64,000 nt of DNA from Planctomycetota bacterium (GCA_050248855.1 JBFWRP010000021.1:1-64000); one strand, 5' to 3'. Shown: positions 38,101 to 47,514, numbered from the stretch's first letter. Made by a program: numbers and translations. Notes: generated by a model not told the origin, from the letters alone.

Positions 38101-38530
38101 GGATGGGGGCCGCGCCTGGCTGCCGGGCGAGTCGACCCTGCTCGTTGAAGAAGGCCACAACACACCCATCGCACTGCGCATGGAGCCCGCGGCGCGCCTC
38201 GTGATCGTCATCGACGACGATCGTTTGCTGCCCGCCTCACGCATGGGCCGAGAGCCGCGGTCCGGCGAGTCATGGGAAGCCTACGAACGAACCCGGTGGT
38301 CCAGCGTGGTCGTACGGACGGAGTCGGGTCACGAGCTGCGGGGGGGGTGGGCCGTCCGCGGTCGTGCCGTGTTCCCCTGGGCACTCCCCGCGGGCGTCCA
38401 TCGGCTCGAGATCTCCCTCGCGGGCAAGCTGGAGGTCAGTACCACCTTCCGAACCCACGGGGGCGAAGACACCGAGGTCGTCGTTCGCTTTCCGGAGGCG
38501 GGGGCCGCCGAGGCCGGGTCCAAGCGCTAG
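35141..38530 (+). CDS. ECF sigma-70 factor fused to a TM helix and carboxypeptidase-regulatory-like repeats
   Basis: ADDVAQD (region 2), LPEPYR...EIAAECGVPVETVRTWLKRG (region 4), TM segment, repeated GRVVGPDGQPV/TDAAG. Confidence 0.9.
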   Translation: MSRPPQPLSVETLLDNAEGMRRLARQLVRDAAEADDVAQDALVRALHAGPRDPRSPRAWLFGLVRNVARERRRTAVRRHAREQAAQRQRIVPSTAHTVSELAEHRRVLQCLAELPEPYRSALWSRHFRDLPPREIAAECGVPVETVRTWLKRGHQRLRERLDATDAQGGKAWRAALAPCLGAAAGRSVGWGGGLVMASATKAGALGVLTVLALLAGAWLLGVLDGERARVESPAGGVTADSASAGLAQPGSAPQLTAPGRASELVSDPGTLVGLVVDSHDAPVRGAHVLMGAADVASVDDMVVCAASGDDGRFTVTLDPAAERGVLAAIGPAGETTIVPVSASTVRMVVLRLPAGGADEVCVRSVSTGLPVPGARCEVRLREEGRTWIRTVVADEAGRASIPHMASRNVRGWRLLRVRALQHAIYEEVYSPGDTDPTRGTSDSPRDIWLDAAIELTVRVEDLTGQPVAGAVVQGWSGWREGPPRDRPEFAIEVGAAEPHDSRLELGRAVTDAAGRAILPGRKEYVNITVRADSDDGLGILTTLGGARNNEVRVVLRPTCRIRGRVVGPDGQPVVGAFVHVHPAEVAERLRAGGSTREPAPESLTGFHSRSGADGTFRLGPVSVPTRDGVPLMVQAVTGALGAAVASFDAKEAVGDIEADIVFAASDAPHRTLVVDAAGTPVEGALVFWGNMRPASVTDDSGLALSKPYALPDLELHVAKACYGVAHVPRDPSGTNRVVLHPECSLAGRLVDASGRGVRGHLVVYAAPAAEGAYVSAARLATAYAGDDGTFRCEHLPPPPWRIEFTHNQSFPHGGGRQLKGEALVDSTNDVVLALGDSAPGPGPRSLLEGVVLDPDGSPAGEYWIHLVQGERHVAPRTQSRRFRFERVPPGAYVAEAFGSGGRTLACVPLDVRPGEDQRDLVIRFSPEVDRAAHLSLPDGTPLAGATLRWERIDGHGGSEGRTDAEGAVRLTTVLPGRYRLSVQAPDADGGRAWLPGESTLLVEEGHNTPIALRMEPAARLVIVIDDDRLLPASRMGREPRSGESWEAYERTRWSSVVVRTESGHELRGGWAVRGRAVFPWALPAGVHRLEISLAGKLEVSTTFRTHGGEDTEVVVRFPEAGAAEAGSKR

Positions 38531-39564
38531 CGCCGACCCGGCATCAGGTAGAGCGCGCCCAGGGTGTCGAAGCGGGCCGGCGGGCCCTTGGCCTTGCGCA
38601 CGTGCACGACCTGGGCGACCTCCTCTGCGGCGGCGCTGAAGACAACGCTGGTGCCGTCGTCCAGGTCGTACGTCCACAGGTGGACACCGCTTCCCATGTC
38701 GCGGTCGGGCTCGCCGAAGAGGTCGCGCACCTCGCTCATGCCCAGCGCCAGCCGGGCCGCCGTCCAGAGGGCGTCCAGGGTCCTCGCGGGCCGCAGGGCG
38801 CGCGCGTAGGCGCGGCGTGCGACGACGACTTCCTCGTGCATCGCCTTCTGACGCGCTTCTATCGCGTCGGTCCGCGTGCCGATGACGGCCGTCTGCCACG
38901 ACGTCATGGGGCCGTCCACGAGCGGTTTCCGCTCCAGGCTCAAGCTGCCATCCGTACCCACCGTGGCCGTGACGTGCACGAGCCGAAGCATGCGGTCCAT
39001 CTCGTAGGCGACGAGCGACACGTTCCATCCCGAGGGTGTTCCGTCGTCGTCCGCCGCGTCGGAGGCCGTCGCCGAGGGCGTCCAGCTCGGCGGGCGGTGA
39101 TCGGTGACCTTCACGGCGAGGTGCTCGAGCTTCTCGGCCAGCTCGCGACCCGTGGCGAGCAGCCGCTCGGCCGTCGCGGCGTCCGTCACGAGGGGGCCCG
39201 CGACGAACAGGCGGACGGCCTCGATGGCGGCGTCGGGCGACCCGATGGGCATGACCGTGCGGCTGTCGGACTCGTGGGCAGCTGGCAGCATCGCCGTCAA
39301 CGTCGCGGGTGCGAGCTGCGTGGCCCGCGTGCTCGAGAATGTGACGGGGGCGACGGCCACGTACGGGAACACGTCGCTCAGATGCCGCACCCCCTCCGTG
39401 ACCCTCACGCCCGGGCTGACGCGCAGCGCCGTCAGCGGAAGCACGACCCGTCGGAGGGGATCGACGTCGCGCGCATGCTCGTCCTCGGCGTGCACCGCGA
39501 GACCCGTCCCTGCGACGGCGAGCGCGCCCACGATGGCCACGCCCAACCAGCTCCGTGCGTTCAT
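38527..39564 (-). CDS. exported hypothetical protein
   Basis: GGAGGTGA RBS; signal peptide; C-terminal LGMSEVRDLFGEPD..GSG..WTY motif. Confidence 0.8.
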   Translation of the reverse strand: MNARSWLGVAIVGALAVAGTGLAVHAEDEHARDVDPLRRVVLPLTALRVSPGVRVTEGVRHLSDVFPYVAVAPVTFSSTRATQLAPATLTAMLPAAHESDSRTVMPIGSPDAAIEAVRLFVAGPLVTDAATAERLLATGRELAEKLEHLAVKVTDHRPPSWTPSATASDAADDDGTPSGWNVSLVAYEMDRMLRLVHVTATVGTDGSLSLERKPLVDGPMTSWQTAVIGTRTDAIEARQKAMHEEVVVARRAYARALRPARTLDALWTAARLALGMSEVRDLFGEPDRDMGSGVHLWTYDLDDGTSVVFSAAAEEVAQVVHVRKAKGPPARFDTLGALYLMPGRR

Positions 39565-39679
39565 GTCACCTCCTCGTGGGTACCTGGACACTTGGTTCTA
39601 CGCCGTGCGCAGGACCAGGAGGGCAAAGCGTGTGCAAAGCGTGGGGACGTTCGTACCCGCCGGCGGGCAGAACGCCGGA

Positions 39680-40765
39680 TCACGAACCCTCGACCGGCGC
39701 TCCATACCGCACCAGGCAATGCCAAAGCAGCTTGATCTCCTGCAGCACGGCCGCGGGCGCGCCCCGATCCGCCCAGGCAGCCGGCTCGGCGTACAGGTGC
39801 CGCGCAGCCCTGCCCAGCGTGGCGGCATCCACCCGGCCGTCGCGGGCGATGCGGCGGGCCAGGGAGGGCATGGCGTCACCCCGGAAGTCCGTGGGGACGT
39901 CGTCGACATCGAGGACGAACCCCGGGGCCCAGGATCGCTGCACGCCGTAGCGGTCGGTGAGCTCCCCGGCGAGCGTGTCGACCTCGGTTCCCCGGAAGCT
40001 CGCGTCCACGACGAGATGGCTGGCATCGCGCGCGAGCGAGACCGTTCCGTGCACCTGGGCCTCGATGTAGTGGTCGAGGTTGCGCGAGGCAACCCGGCTC
40101 CGCTCGCCGGGACGACCACGCAGGCGCCGCCTCATGCTCTCGAGCAGCTGGGGGGGGCGAAGTCCCGAGAGCCCCAAGGCGGTTTCGCGCTCGAAGCACT
40201 CCGCGAACAGGGCCGCGAGCACGTCCTCGAAGGCGTCCAGGGTGCCCCGCTCCGCGGGCTGCCGGAACGAGTCCAGCCACGTGAACGTCGCACGAGCACT
40301 TGCGTCGGGCCGCAAGACGAGGTACGCCGAGCCGAAGCGCGGTGACGGGCCATCCGCATGGCCGAGCAGGTCGAGCGCGCCGTACTTCGGACGTTCATCC
40401 GCTCCCACGCCTTCGGCTTGGTAGGCGCCGCCGAACAGCTCCTGCTCCCAGCGGTCGCGATCGCCGCCGGGCGTGGCGCTCACGCTGCCGCTCGATGTCC
40501 CCGTCTCGAACTGGCTCTTGTAGATGCCGCTCGCCACGAGCCCCTCGAGCGCCGTGCGGCCGTCGGCCTGCGGACGGTCGGGATGGAAGTGGAGCGCCAC
40601 GCAGGCGTGCTGTCGGATCAGCGCCATCACGTCTTCGAACACACGCACGGGCAGTGCCGACATGCGGCCGACGTGCTCCAGGAGACGGCGCGCGGCCGCG
40701 GCCCGACTCGAGGCCCGCCTACGGACGTGGTCCAAGGCCGCCGTCTGTGCGGTCGTCAGCTGCAT
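39680..40765 (-). CDS. DUF3626 domain protein
   Basis: LHFHPDR, YKSQFETGTS, ERPKYGALD, PRFGSAY, YIEAQVHG. Confidence 0.88.
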   Translation of the reverse strand: MQLTTAQTAALDHVRRRASSRAAAARRLLEHVGRMSALPVRVFEDVMALIRQHACVALHFHPDRPQADGRTALEGLVASGIYKSQFETGTSSGSVSATPGGDRDRWEQELFGGAYQAEGVGADERPKYGALDLLGHADGPSPRFGSAYLVLRPDASARATFTWLDSFRQPAERGTLDAFEDVLAALFAECFERETALGLSGLRPPQLLESMRRRLRGRPGERSRVASRNLDHYIEAQVHGTVSLARDASHLVVDASFRGTEVDTLAGELTDRYGVQRSWAPGFVLDVDDVPTDFRGDAMPSLARRIARDGRVDAATLGRAARHLYAEPAAWADRGAPAAVLQEIKLLWHCLVRYGAPVEGS

Positions 40766-40868
40766 CCACCCACGATGACAGGGGAGTCCGGCCGGGGGAA
40801 ACCCCCTCCGGCGAGAGCCTCGCCTCGCCCGTAGGCTGGGCTTTTCTGTCCGGGAGAGGGGGCTCGCC

Positions 40869-42593
40869 ATGCGACGCACCTGGGTTGCCGTCGGGTCCGC
40901 ACTCGTGGCCCTGCTTGCGATCGGCGGTCCGCGCGTGGCCGGCGAGGACGCGAAGCCGGATCGCGCCGGGCCGATCCGCGACTACCTGGATCGATGTGCC
41001 GCGCATGGCTGGTCGGGCATGGTCTGCGTCGTCTGGGGCGACGACGTCGTCGTCAGCCACGGTGCGGGGCTCGCTGATCGGGACACCGGGCGTGTGCCCA
41101 CGATGGACACGCGGTTCGAGGTTGCGTCCATCACGAAGGTGTTCACCGCTTGCGCCGTGCTGCGCTTGGTCGAGCAGGAGCGTCTGCGTCTGGATGACGC
41201 CATCGGCAAGCACGTGTCGGACGTGCCCGAAGACAAGTCCGGTATCACCCTGCGGCATCTGCTCGGCCACACGTCGGGCATGCCGCGCACCGCGGCCGGC
41301 GGAGGCCGCACGCCGGCCGAGGCGGCCGCGTCGTTCCTGCGCACACCTCTCGCCTCGAAGCCCGGCGAGCGCGTGCAGTACTGGAACGGCGGCTATGCCT
41401 TGCTGGCGGCGGTGATCGAGAACACGACGGGCACGACGTTCCAAGAGGCCCTGCGTACGCTCGTGCTCGAGCCGGCCGGCATGACGCACAGCGGCTTCAC
41501 CGGTGACGACCTTGCCATCGACGAGCAAGCCATGGGCTACGACGGCGACGTCGCCGTGCGCTGGGCAAGCCATCACCCGTACCGCCAGTACGACTACGGA
41601 TACAAGGGCATGGGCGGCCTGGTGACCTCGGCCCGCGATCTGGTGCAGTTCGCACGTGCGTGGTGGGGCGGGCGCGTGCTGGGCGAAGCGGCGACACGCG
41701 AGATGCTCGGTTCCCCGCGGGACAACCAGGGCCTTGGCTGGGGCGTGCTTTCGTCGTCGCGGGCGACGCCCCGGCTCGTGCACGGGGGCGACGTCCGCGG
41801 CTTCCACTCGGCCTTCGAGATCCTGCCCGCGGAGCGTGGCGCGATCATCGTGCTGGGCAACACCGAGGTCGCTCCCGCCTGGAAGCTCCAGTGGAACCTC
41901 GAGGCCTTGGCCGCCGGCACGACGCCGCGGTACCCGATGCCGCCAGCGCTCGCGACCCTCGCGGAGGACGAGCTCGACGCGCTCGTGGGGCGCTACGTGC
42001 AGGACGGCGGCTCCAAGGCTCTCGCCATCGCCCGCGCCTCAGGCGGCCTGCGTGTGGCCGAGGTGCTGGCGAACGCAGGGGCCACCCAGCCCGGGGATCG
42101 CGCGGCCGCCCTCGCCGAGACCGCGCGAGCGATCGTCCGGGCGCTCCAGGACGCCGACGAGGAAGCCATCCGGTCGCGCCTCCCCGACGGCGTGTTCTGG
42201 GCGGCGTCATGGCCGGGCCTGCTCGTGGGCAAGCTGTGGCCCGATCAGGTCAAGTCCTTCGGCCCGCTGGCCTCGTCCGAAGTGCTCGAGATCGCCGCCA
42301 CGGTGCGCATGGGCCATCGCGCCGTGGTGGCGCTTCGCCACGAGAAGGCCGAGCGCTGGATGAACGTGCAGTTCTCCACGGCGGGCCGCATCCTGCGGTT
42401 GTCGTTCGATCCTCCCGGCGACGGCATCGGTGCTTGCTACCGGCCCGCGCCCGACGGCACCTTCCACACCTTCGACTGGCAGTCGGACAAGGTCCAGTCC
42501 GTGCTTCGGTTCGAGCAGGCTGCGGACGGCTCCCAGCGCGTGACGGTCCAACGGGGGGCGACGACGGTGCCGTACACGCGGCGGGGGGAGTAG
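40869..42593 (+). CDS. serine hydrolase (beta-lactamase/AmpC-like family), exported
   Basis: SxxK (ASITK), LLGHTSG, YWN, HGG; C-terminal extension. Confidence 0.93.
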   Translation: MRRTWVAVGSALVALLAIGGPRVAGEDAKPDRAGPIRDYLDRCAAHGWSGMVCVVWGDDVVVSHGAGLADRDTGRVPTMDTRFEVASITKVFTACAVLRLVEQERLRLDDAIGKHVSDVPEDKSGITLRHLLGHTSGMPRTAAGGGRTPAEAAASFLRTPLASKPGERVQYWNGGYALLAAVIENTTGTTFQEALRTLVLEPAGMTHSGFTGDDLAIDEQAMGYDGDVAVRWASHHPYRQYDYGYKGMGGLVTSARDLVQFARAWWGGRVLGEAATREMLGSPRDNQGLGWGVLSSSRATPRLVHGGDVRGFHSAFEILPAERGAIIVLGNTEVAPAWKLQWNLEALAAGTTPRYPMPPALATLAEDELDALVGRYVQDGGSKALAIARASGGLRVAEVLANAGATQPGDRAAALAETARAIVRALQDADEEAIRSRLPDGVFWAASWPGLLVGKLWPDQVKSFGPLASSEVLEIAATVRMGHRAVVALRHEKAERWMNVQFSTAGRILRLSFDPPGDGIGACYRPAPDGTFHTFDWQSDKVQSVLRFEQAADGSQRVTVQRGATTVPYTRRGE

Positions 42594-42598
42594 TCCCG

Positions 42599-43375
42599 TC
42601 ATCGGACGCCCTCGGGCGACAGCGCGTCCTGAAGGCCCCAGACCGCCACTTCGATCGACTTGGCGAAGTGTGCGAGCGGCGCGTCCGCAGGGAGGGCGAT
42701 CCCCGCGGCCTGGGCCATGGTGTTCACGTCGAAGGCGGCTTCGGCGGGCTGCAGCGGCCACGGCGCGTGGTGGATCTCGCCGCGCAGCAGCGCGCCGCGG
42801 CGGCCCACGGTGTAGAGGCAGTAGCGCTCGGTGAGCCAGTGCTCCAGCGTGCCCGGCCGGGCCAGGCGGACGGGACCGGTGGCCGCGTAGTCCGCGCGCA
42901 GCTCGGCAGGCGGTGCGCCGCGGTGCGTTCGCCGGCTTGCGTAGCGGACCGCGTCGCCGACGGTAGCCAGCTGCATGTCGGCATCGAAGTAGGGGAGGTG
43001 GAACCAGCGGCGGGCCGTGCGGACGGCAATGCGACTTGCCGCATCGAGGCTGAAGAACCAGACGCCCGGCTTGGCCCCGGGTCCCGCGCGGTCCGTGACG
43101 TAGGTGCGCACGTTGAGCTCGAGGAAGGCCGAGAGCCCGGGCATGGCAAACGTCCCCCGCGGGTAGACGTCGCGCATGCCGAAGGGCACGACACCCACCC
43201 AGGCCTGGCCTCCGAACGTGTCCACGTGCAGCCCCGGGGGCAACAGCGGACGGAGCACGGCGGGGTCCAGCGGCCAGTGGGCAAACAGCAGGTCGTGCCA
43301 CGTCTGCCGCATGACCCACGGCCGTCGAGGCAGGGGCCAAGGGCGGTGAGCGGTCGCGGCAAGGACGTCGTGCAG
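42599..43375 (-). CDS. YqjF (DUF2071) family protein
   Basis: HRPWPLP, MRQTWHDLLFAHW, FLELNVRTYV, GVWFFSLDA, WLTERYCLY; start uncertain (first ATG at 43312 lies inside the conserved region). Confidence 0.9.
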   Translation of the reverse strand: MHDVLAATAHRPWPLPRRPWVMRQTWHDLLFAHWPLDPAVLRPLLPPGLHVDTFGGQAWVGVVPFGMRDVYPRGTFAMPGLSAFLELNVRTYVTDRAGPGAKPGVWFFSLDAASRIAVRTARRWFHLPYFDADMQLATVGDAVRYASRRTHRGAPPAELRADYAATGPVRLARPGTLEHWLTERYCLYTVGRRGALLRGEIHHAPWPLQPAEAAFDVNTMAQAAGIALPADAPLAHFAKSIEVAVWGLQDALSPEGVR

Positions 43376-43546
43376 GGAGCGGCTCTCGGGAGTCCAGGGT
43401 ACGGGCGTGAGGGAGGAAACGTTCAGGTCCCTGAACGCTTGGTGCGCTGCGCGGTGGGTGGCGAGTGTCGCTGCGCTAGGTTCCCGCCACCCCCCTGTTG
43501 GACCGCGGCCCGCGCCAAGCGGCCGCCACACGAGAGGATCCACCCC

Positions 43547-44101
43547 ATGAACCTGCAGGGAGATGCGTGGTCGCTTTACGGCCTCGCCGTGACCATGCTC
43601 GATGCGACCACGCTTCCGCAAGGCATCCGCTTGGATGGGGCCTTGAAGATGCTGGACCAGGTCCGGCCGGACGCCGTGCCCGCCGACCACCTGTGGGATC
43701 GGCACGTCCGGTTGATGCTCGCGGCCCTCCAGCACGAGCTGCATCAGCGCGAGGTCGCCCGCCGCATCGAGCGCGAGCTGCGCTCCATCCATGCGGCGCT
43801 TGCCGGCGGCCAACGCAAGCCGATCGCCTCCGTCGAGTACCTGCTGGCCCCGGACGACCAGGCCGCCAGCCGTCGCGTGCCGGGCCCCGACGACGGCACC
43901 GCAAGGCCTGACCGGGTGGTCCCGCACGTGGGGTCCGAGGGCGCCGGGACGCCCCCCCGAGCGCCGGAGGACGCGCGGGCTCTTTGGGCTCAGGGACGCC
44001 CGGGATCCGGCCGATGTGGGAGCGGCAGGCACCGTCGCTGGGCCGTCTCCCCAGACTCACCCCCTGGGCCTCGCGCAGCCTTCGGCACTGCCGGGAGCTG
44101 A
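43547..44101 (+). CDS. hypothetical protein, paralog of 44108-44443
   Basis: GAGAGG RBS; first ~100 aa align with the next ORF; low-complexity tail. Confidence 0.75.
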   Translation: MNLQGDAWSLYGLAVTMLDATTLPQGIRLDGALKMLDQVRPDAVPADHLWDRHVRLMLAALQHELHQREVARRIERELRSIHAALAGGQRKPIASVEYLLAPDDQAASRRVPGPDDGTARPDRVVPHVGSEGAGTPPRAPEDARALWAQGRPGSGRCGSGRHRRWAVSPDSPPGPRAAFGTAGS

Positions 44102-44107
44102 ACTGCC

Positions 44108-44443
44108 ATGCACAACCAGGGGGACGCAAGGACGCTCTACGGACTCGCCGTAGGCATCCTCGACCAGGTCTCGCTCCAGCGCACCGCCCGACTCGCGGCC
44201 GCCATCAAGCTGCTCGACGGGTTGGAGGAGGGCAGCTTCCCCAGCCCCCGGCTGCGGGACCGCCACCTTCGCCTGATGCGCGAGACGACGCGGCGCCCCC
44301 TTCACCATCCGGCGCAGGCGCGGCGCATCGAGCGCGATCTCCGGCTGGCCTACCAGGCGCTCTGCAGCTCCCCGAGCACGGCTGCGGTTGCCATGGGTCA
44401 GCTCCTCCGCACGACGCAAGCGCCCCAGCCCGCCCGGGCCTGA
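44108..44443 (+). CDS. hypothetical protein, paralog of 43547-44101
   Basis: Shared QGDA..LYGLAV..LD, DRH.RLM, ARRIER.LR motifs. Confidence 0.75.
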   Translation: MHNQGDARTLYGLAVGILDQVSLQRTARLAAAIKLLDGLEEGSFPSPRLRDRHLRLMRETTRRPLHHPAQARRIERDLRLAYQALCSSPSTAAVAMGQLLRTTQAPQPARA

Positions 44444-44520
44444 GGCTCCGCGCGGGCCCACCGCGGCGCTTGACAGACCGCACGACGCAGCGCACACGGG
44501 ACTCCGTCGGGAGGCATGCC

Positions 44521-45186
44521 GTGAGGATCGTCGTGATCGGTGCGCGCCTCGACGGCCTCGCGTCGTGGGTGGTCGAGAACGCACGGGAGCACGCGGGCCA
44601 CGACGTGGTCGGCTTCCTCGACGAGACGCCCGCCCTGCAGGGCACGCGCGTCATGGACCTGCCCGTGCTGGGTCCACCCGCCGCCGCCGAGCGGGCGGTT
44701 GGGGCCGGCGCCGAGGGTGCGCTGTTCGCGATCGGTCACGGTCCTGCACGCGCCCGCATGGCGCCGGGACTCGTGGCGGCCGGGTTGCAGCTCGTCTCGC
44801 TCGTGTGCCCCGGTGCGGTCATCGCCTCGTCGGCCCACGTCGGGGCGGGCGTGATCATCGGCACGAACGCCGTGATCAGCACGGGGACGCGTGTCGAGGA
44901 CCTCGCGATCGTGCTGTCGCTCGGCTGCGTGGGTCACCACGCGCAGGTGGGCACGGCCGCGACGCTGTCCGGGGGCGTGCTGCTCGGCGGGCGTTCCCGG
45001 GTCGGGGCGCGCAGCCTCGTGGGTCTTGGCGCGAAGGTGATGTCCGACGTCTGCGTCGGGAGCGACGTCACCATCGGAGCGGGGGCTCTCGTGACCAAGG
45101 ACGTCCCGGATGGCATCCGCGTGGCCGGTGTCCCCGCCCGGCCCCTTGACGACCCGCCCGGGCAGAGCAGTCCATCGTTACCGTAG
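44521..45186 (+). CDS. NeuD/PglD-family sugar acetyltransferase
   Basis: GGAGG RBS then GTG; IVVIGA, VVGFLDE, AIG, hexapeptide repeats, VTKDVP..VAGVPARP. Confidence 0.92.
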   Translation: MRIVVIGARLDGLASWVVENAREHAGHDVVGFLDETPALQGTRVMDLPVLGPPAAAERAVGAGAEGALFAIGHGPARARMAPGLVAAGLQLVSLVCPGAVIASSAHVGAGVIIGTNAVISTGTRVEDLAIVLSLGCVGHHAQVGTAATLSGGVLLGGRSRVGARSLVGLGAKVMSDVCVGSDVTIGAGALVTKDVPDGIRVAGVPARPLDDPPGQSSPSLP

Positions 45187-45213
45187 GCGCTTGGTACGGG
45201 CCCGCCACCGTAG

Positions 45214-46329
45214 CTAGCGCGGCGCACGCCGTTCGCGCCGCTGGGCGAGCAAGGACCGGGCCTGTCCCCAACGGCCCTTCAAGGCGTACCGCACGACGCG
45301 TCGCCAACGGAAGCGTCGACGTCGCGGCAGCACCACGAACGCGCGGTGGAGCTGCGGCAGGTCGGGCGCAATCGCGGTCGCCGAGCGCTCCAGCAGCCGG
45401 CGGCGGCTTGCATCGAACTCGGTGAGGTTGCCCAGGGGGCACACGAGGTACTGCGCCAGCTCGAACAGCGTGGTCGCGTCGCCGCGGGGATCGTCCGGAA
45501 GGCTGGCCTCCAGGGCCTGGGCCGAGGTGCGCGCACTCGTGACGTCGTCGGCTTGGAGCGCTCGCACGAAGCGGTCGAAGTGGCGGAACCGCCCGATGCG
45601 AAGCGCAAGGCGATCGCGCACGGCCGCGTCCGTCTCCGCGGCCATGCGCTCGGAGAAGCTGGCCTCGGCGCCACGCGCCATCTTGTCGAGGTACACGACG
45701 CCGTCGCGCTGCATGGCCGAGGAGTGCGAGGTGGCGTGGAGTCGATAGGCGCACGTTGCCGACGCGATCCTAACGAGCGGCGCACGCAGCCCGAGCCGCA
45801 GGTACACCTGCCAGTCGGGCGCAGGATCCGGCAACCAACCGCCGGCGTCCGTCAGGGCTTGCCGGTCGAACAGCACGGCCGAGGGCGAGATGATGGGACA
45901 CGCCCAGGGCCAGTCGTCCCACGGCGCGAGGGGCTCGTCGGGCCCCACGACGATCTCGTGCCGCGCGGGCTCGCCCGCTCGGAAGCGGAGGACCCGCGCG
46001 GCCGCGGCCGGGGCGTTCGGCTCGCGATCCAGGGCTTGCGACAAGAGCTCGAGGTGGCGCGGGTGCCAGACGTCGTCTTGGTCGAGAAACGCCACCCGCG
46101 GCGTGGTCGTGGCCAGCAGCCCCGTCTGGCGCGTCCGCAGCTTGCCCGCGCTCGGGATCAGCCGGACCCGGTCGCCCAGCGCATGGACGCGATCGGGCCC
46201 GTCGTCGGTCGAGCCGTCGTCGACGACGATGACCTGCCCCAGGCGAGGCCCCTGCGCGAAGACGCTGGCGAGCGTCTCCTCGATCCAGCGACCGCCCTGG
46301 TACAGCGGGATGACGACATCGATCGACAC
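45214..46329 (-). CDS. glycosyltransferase family 2
   Basis: VVIPLY, VIVVDDGSTD, AFLDQDDVW. Confidence 0.92.
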   Translation of the reverse strand: MSIDVVIPLYQGGRWIEETLASVFAQGPRLGQVIVVDDGSTDDGPDRVHALGDRVRLIPSAGKLRTRQTGLLATTTPRVAFLDQDDVWHPRHLELLSQALDREPNAPAAAARVLRFRAGEPARHEIVVGPDEPLAPWDDWPWACPIISPSAVLFDRQALTDAGGWLPDPAPDWQVYLRLGLRAPLVRIASATCAYRLHATSHSSAMQRDGVVYLDKMARGAEASFSERMAAETDAAVRDRLALRIGRFRHFDRFVRALQADDVTSARTSAQALEASLPDDPRGDATTLFELAQYLVCPLGNLTEFDASRRRLLERSATAIAPDLPQLHRAFVVLPRRRRFRWRRVVRYALKGRWGQARSLLAQRRERRAPR

Positions 46330-46356
46330 GTGCGCGGGATCCCTCGACGACCTGGG

Positions 46357-47400
46357 TCAGTCGTCCTTCTGCGCACCTGCGTCGTCCTCGCCCTCGGAGT
46401 CCGGCAGCACGATTCCACGGGAGCCGCGGAGGATGCGGGCGGTCAGGAGCACGACGATCTCGTCCTCCGAGCGGGCCTCCTCGCGGCCCCGTGTCACGGG
46501 CGCGAGTCCCGGGCTCGTGGGGGGTGGCACCGGATCGCCTTCGTCCTCCAGGTGGCGCCGCTCCCCGATGCCGCTGATGACGACCGTCTCGCCGTCGGCC
46601 ACCGTCACGGTGGTCTTGACGCGGTGGTCCTTGCTCATCTCCACCGGGTCCGCGGACATGAGCGGCGAATTGGGCTCCACGTCGACGAGCCCGACCATGA
46701 TCTCCAACGTCGTATACGACTCGCCGATGTGCAGGGCCTTGACGCGCAAGTCCGTGGTGGTTCGGGTGGTCGAGCTGATGCGGTTCGCGCCACCCTGGTT
46801 GGCCGACTGGATCGTGAGGACGGGGCGCACGGCGCCCAGCGTGATCTCGGCCGAGCCACCCGCCGTGACCATGACGGAGGGAGTCGCCACCGTCTCTACC
46901 TGGCCGCGACGTTCGATCTCGTCCGGGTCGTCGTCCTCGTCGCCCTCCTCCTTGTCGCCCTCGTCCTTGTCGTCCGCCTCGTCTCCGTCGTCATCGTCCG
47001 CGTCGTCGGGAGCCTCCTCGTGCCAGTGCTTCTTGCGGACGATCTTCGCCTCGACGAACACCTGCGGCGCGGCGATGTCGAGATAGGCAAGCACGTCGAG
47101 CACCAGCTCCACGGCTTCGGGAGGGCCGTCGAGCACCAGACGGTCGCGCCGCGGGATCAAGCGCAGGTTCACGTCCTTCGGGCCCAGGGTCTCCCGGAGC
47201 TCGCGAACCAGCTCCTCGGGCGTGGAGAAGTTCGGCCGGTAGAAGTACAGGACCGTGCCATCCGCGCGGGCGATCAGGCTTTCGTGGGGGAACTCGAGCG
47301 GCGGCGCGGGCTCGTCGGGCTTCTCGTCCTCGGCCCACGTCGAGGAGGCTGGGAAGAGACCGAGAGCGAGTGCGAGCAGCGCGAGTCCGATGCGTGACAT
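46357..47400 (-). CDS. orphan secretin-family protein (one N domain plus secretin domain)
   Basis: Signal peptide; RLVLDGP...LDIAAPQVFVEAKIV, ATPSVMVTAGGSAEITLG, VKTTVTVADGETVVISG, EIVVLLTARIL. Confidence 0.8.
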   Translation of the reverse strand: MSRIGLALLALALGLFPASSTWAEDEKPDEPAPPLEFPHESLIARADGTVLYFYRPNFSTPEELVRELRETLGPKDVNLRLIPRRDRLVLDGPPEAVELVLDVLAYLDIAAPQVFVEAKIVRKKHWHEEAPDDADDDDGDEADDKDEGDKEEGDEDDDPDEIERRGQVETVATPSVMVTAGGSAEITLGAVRPVLTIQSANQGGANRISSTTRTTTDLRVKALHIGESYTTLEIMVGLVDVEPNSPLMSADPVEMSKDHRVKTTVTVADGETVVISGIGERRHLEDEGDPVPPPTSPGLAPVTRGREEARSEDEIVVLLTARILRGSRGIVLPDSEGEDDAGAQKDD

Positions 47401-47514
47401 GACGAGTCCCCGGGTGCCTTCACCTCGGAGGATGCCCGAGCGGCCGGTGCGCGTCGAGGGGGGAGCAGGAAGGCGGACTCGGCGCCGCCGCGCCCCTCGT
47501 GGTCGCCGGCAGAT

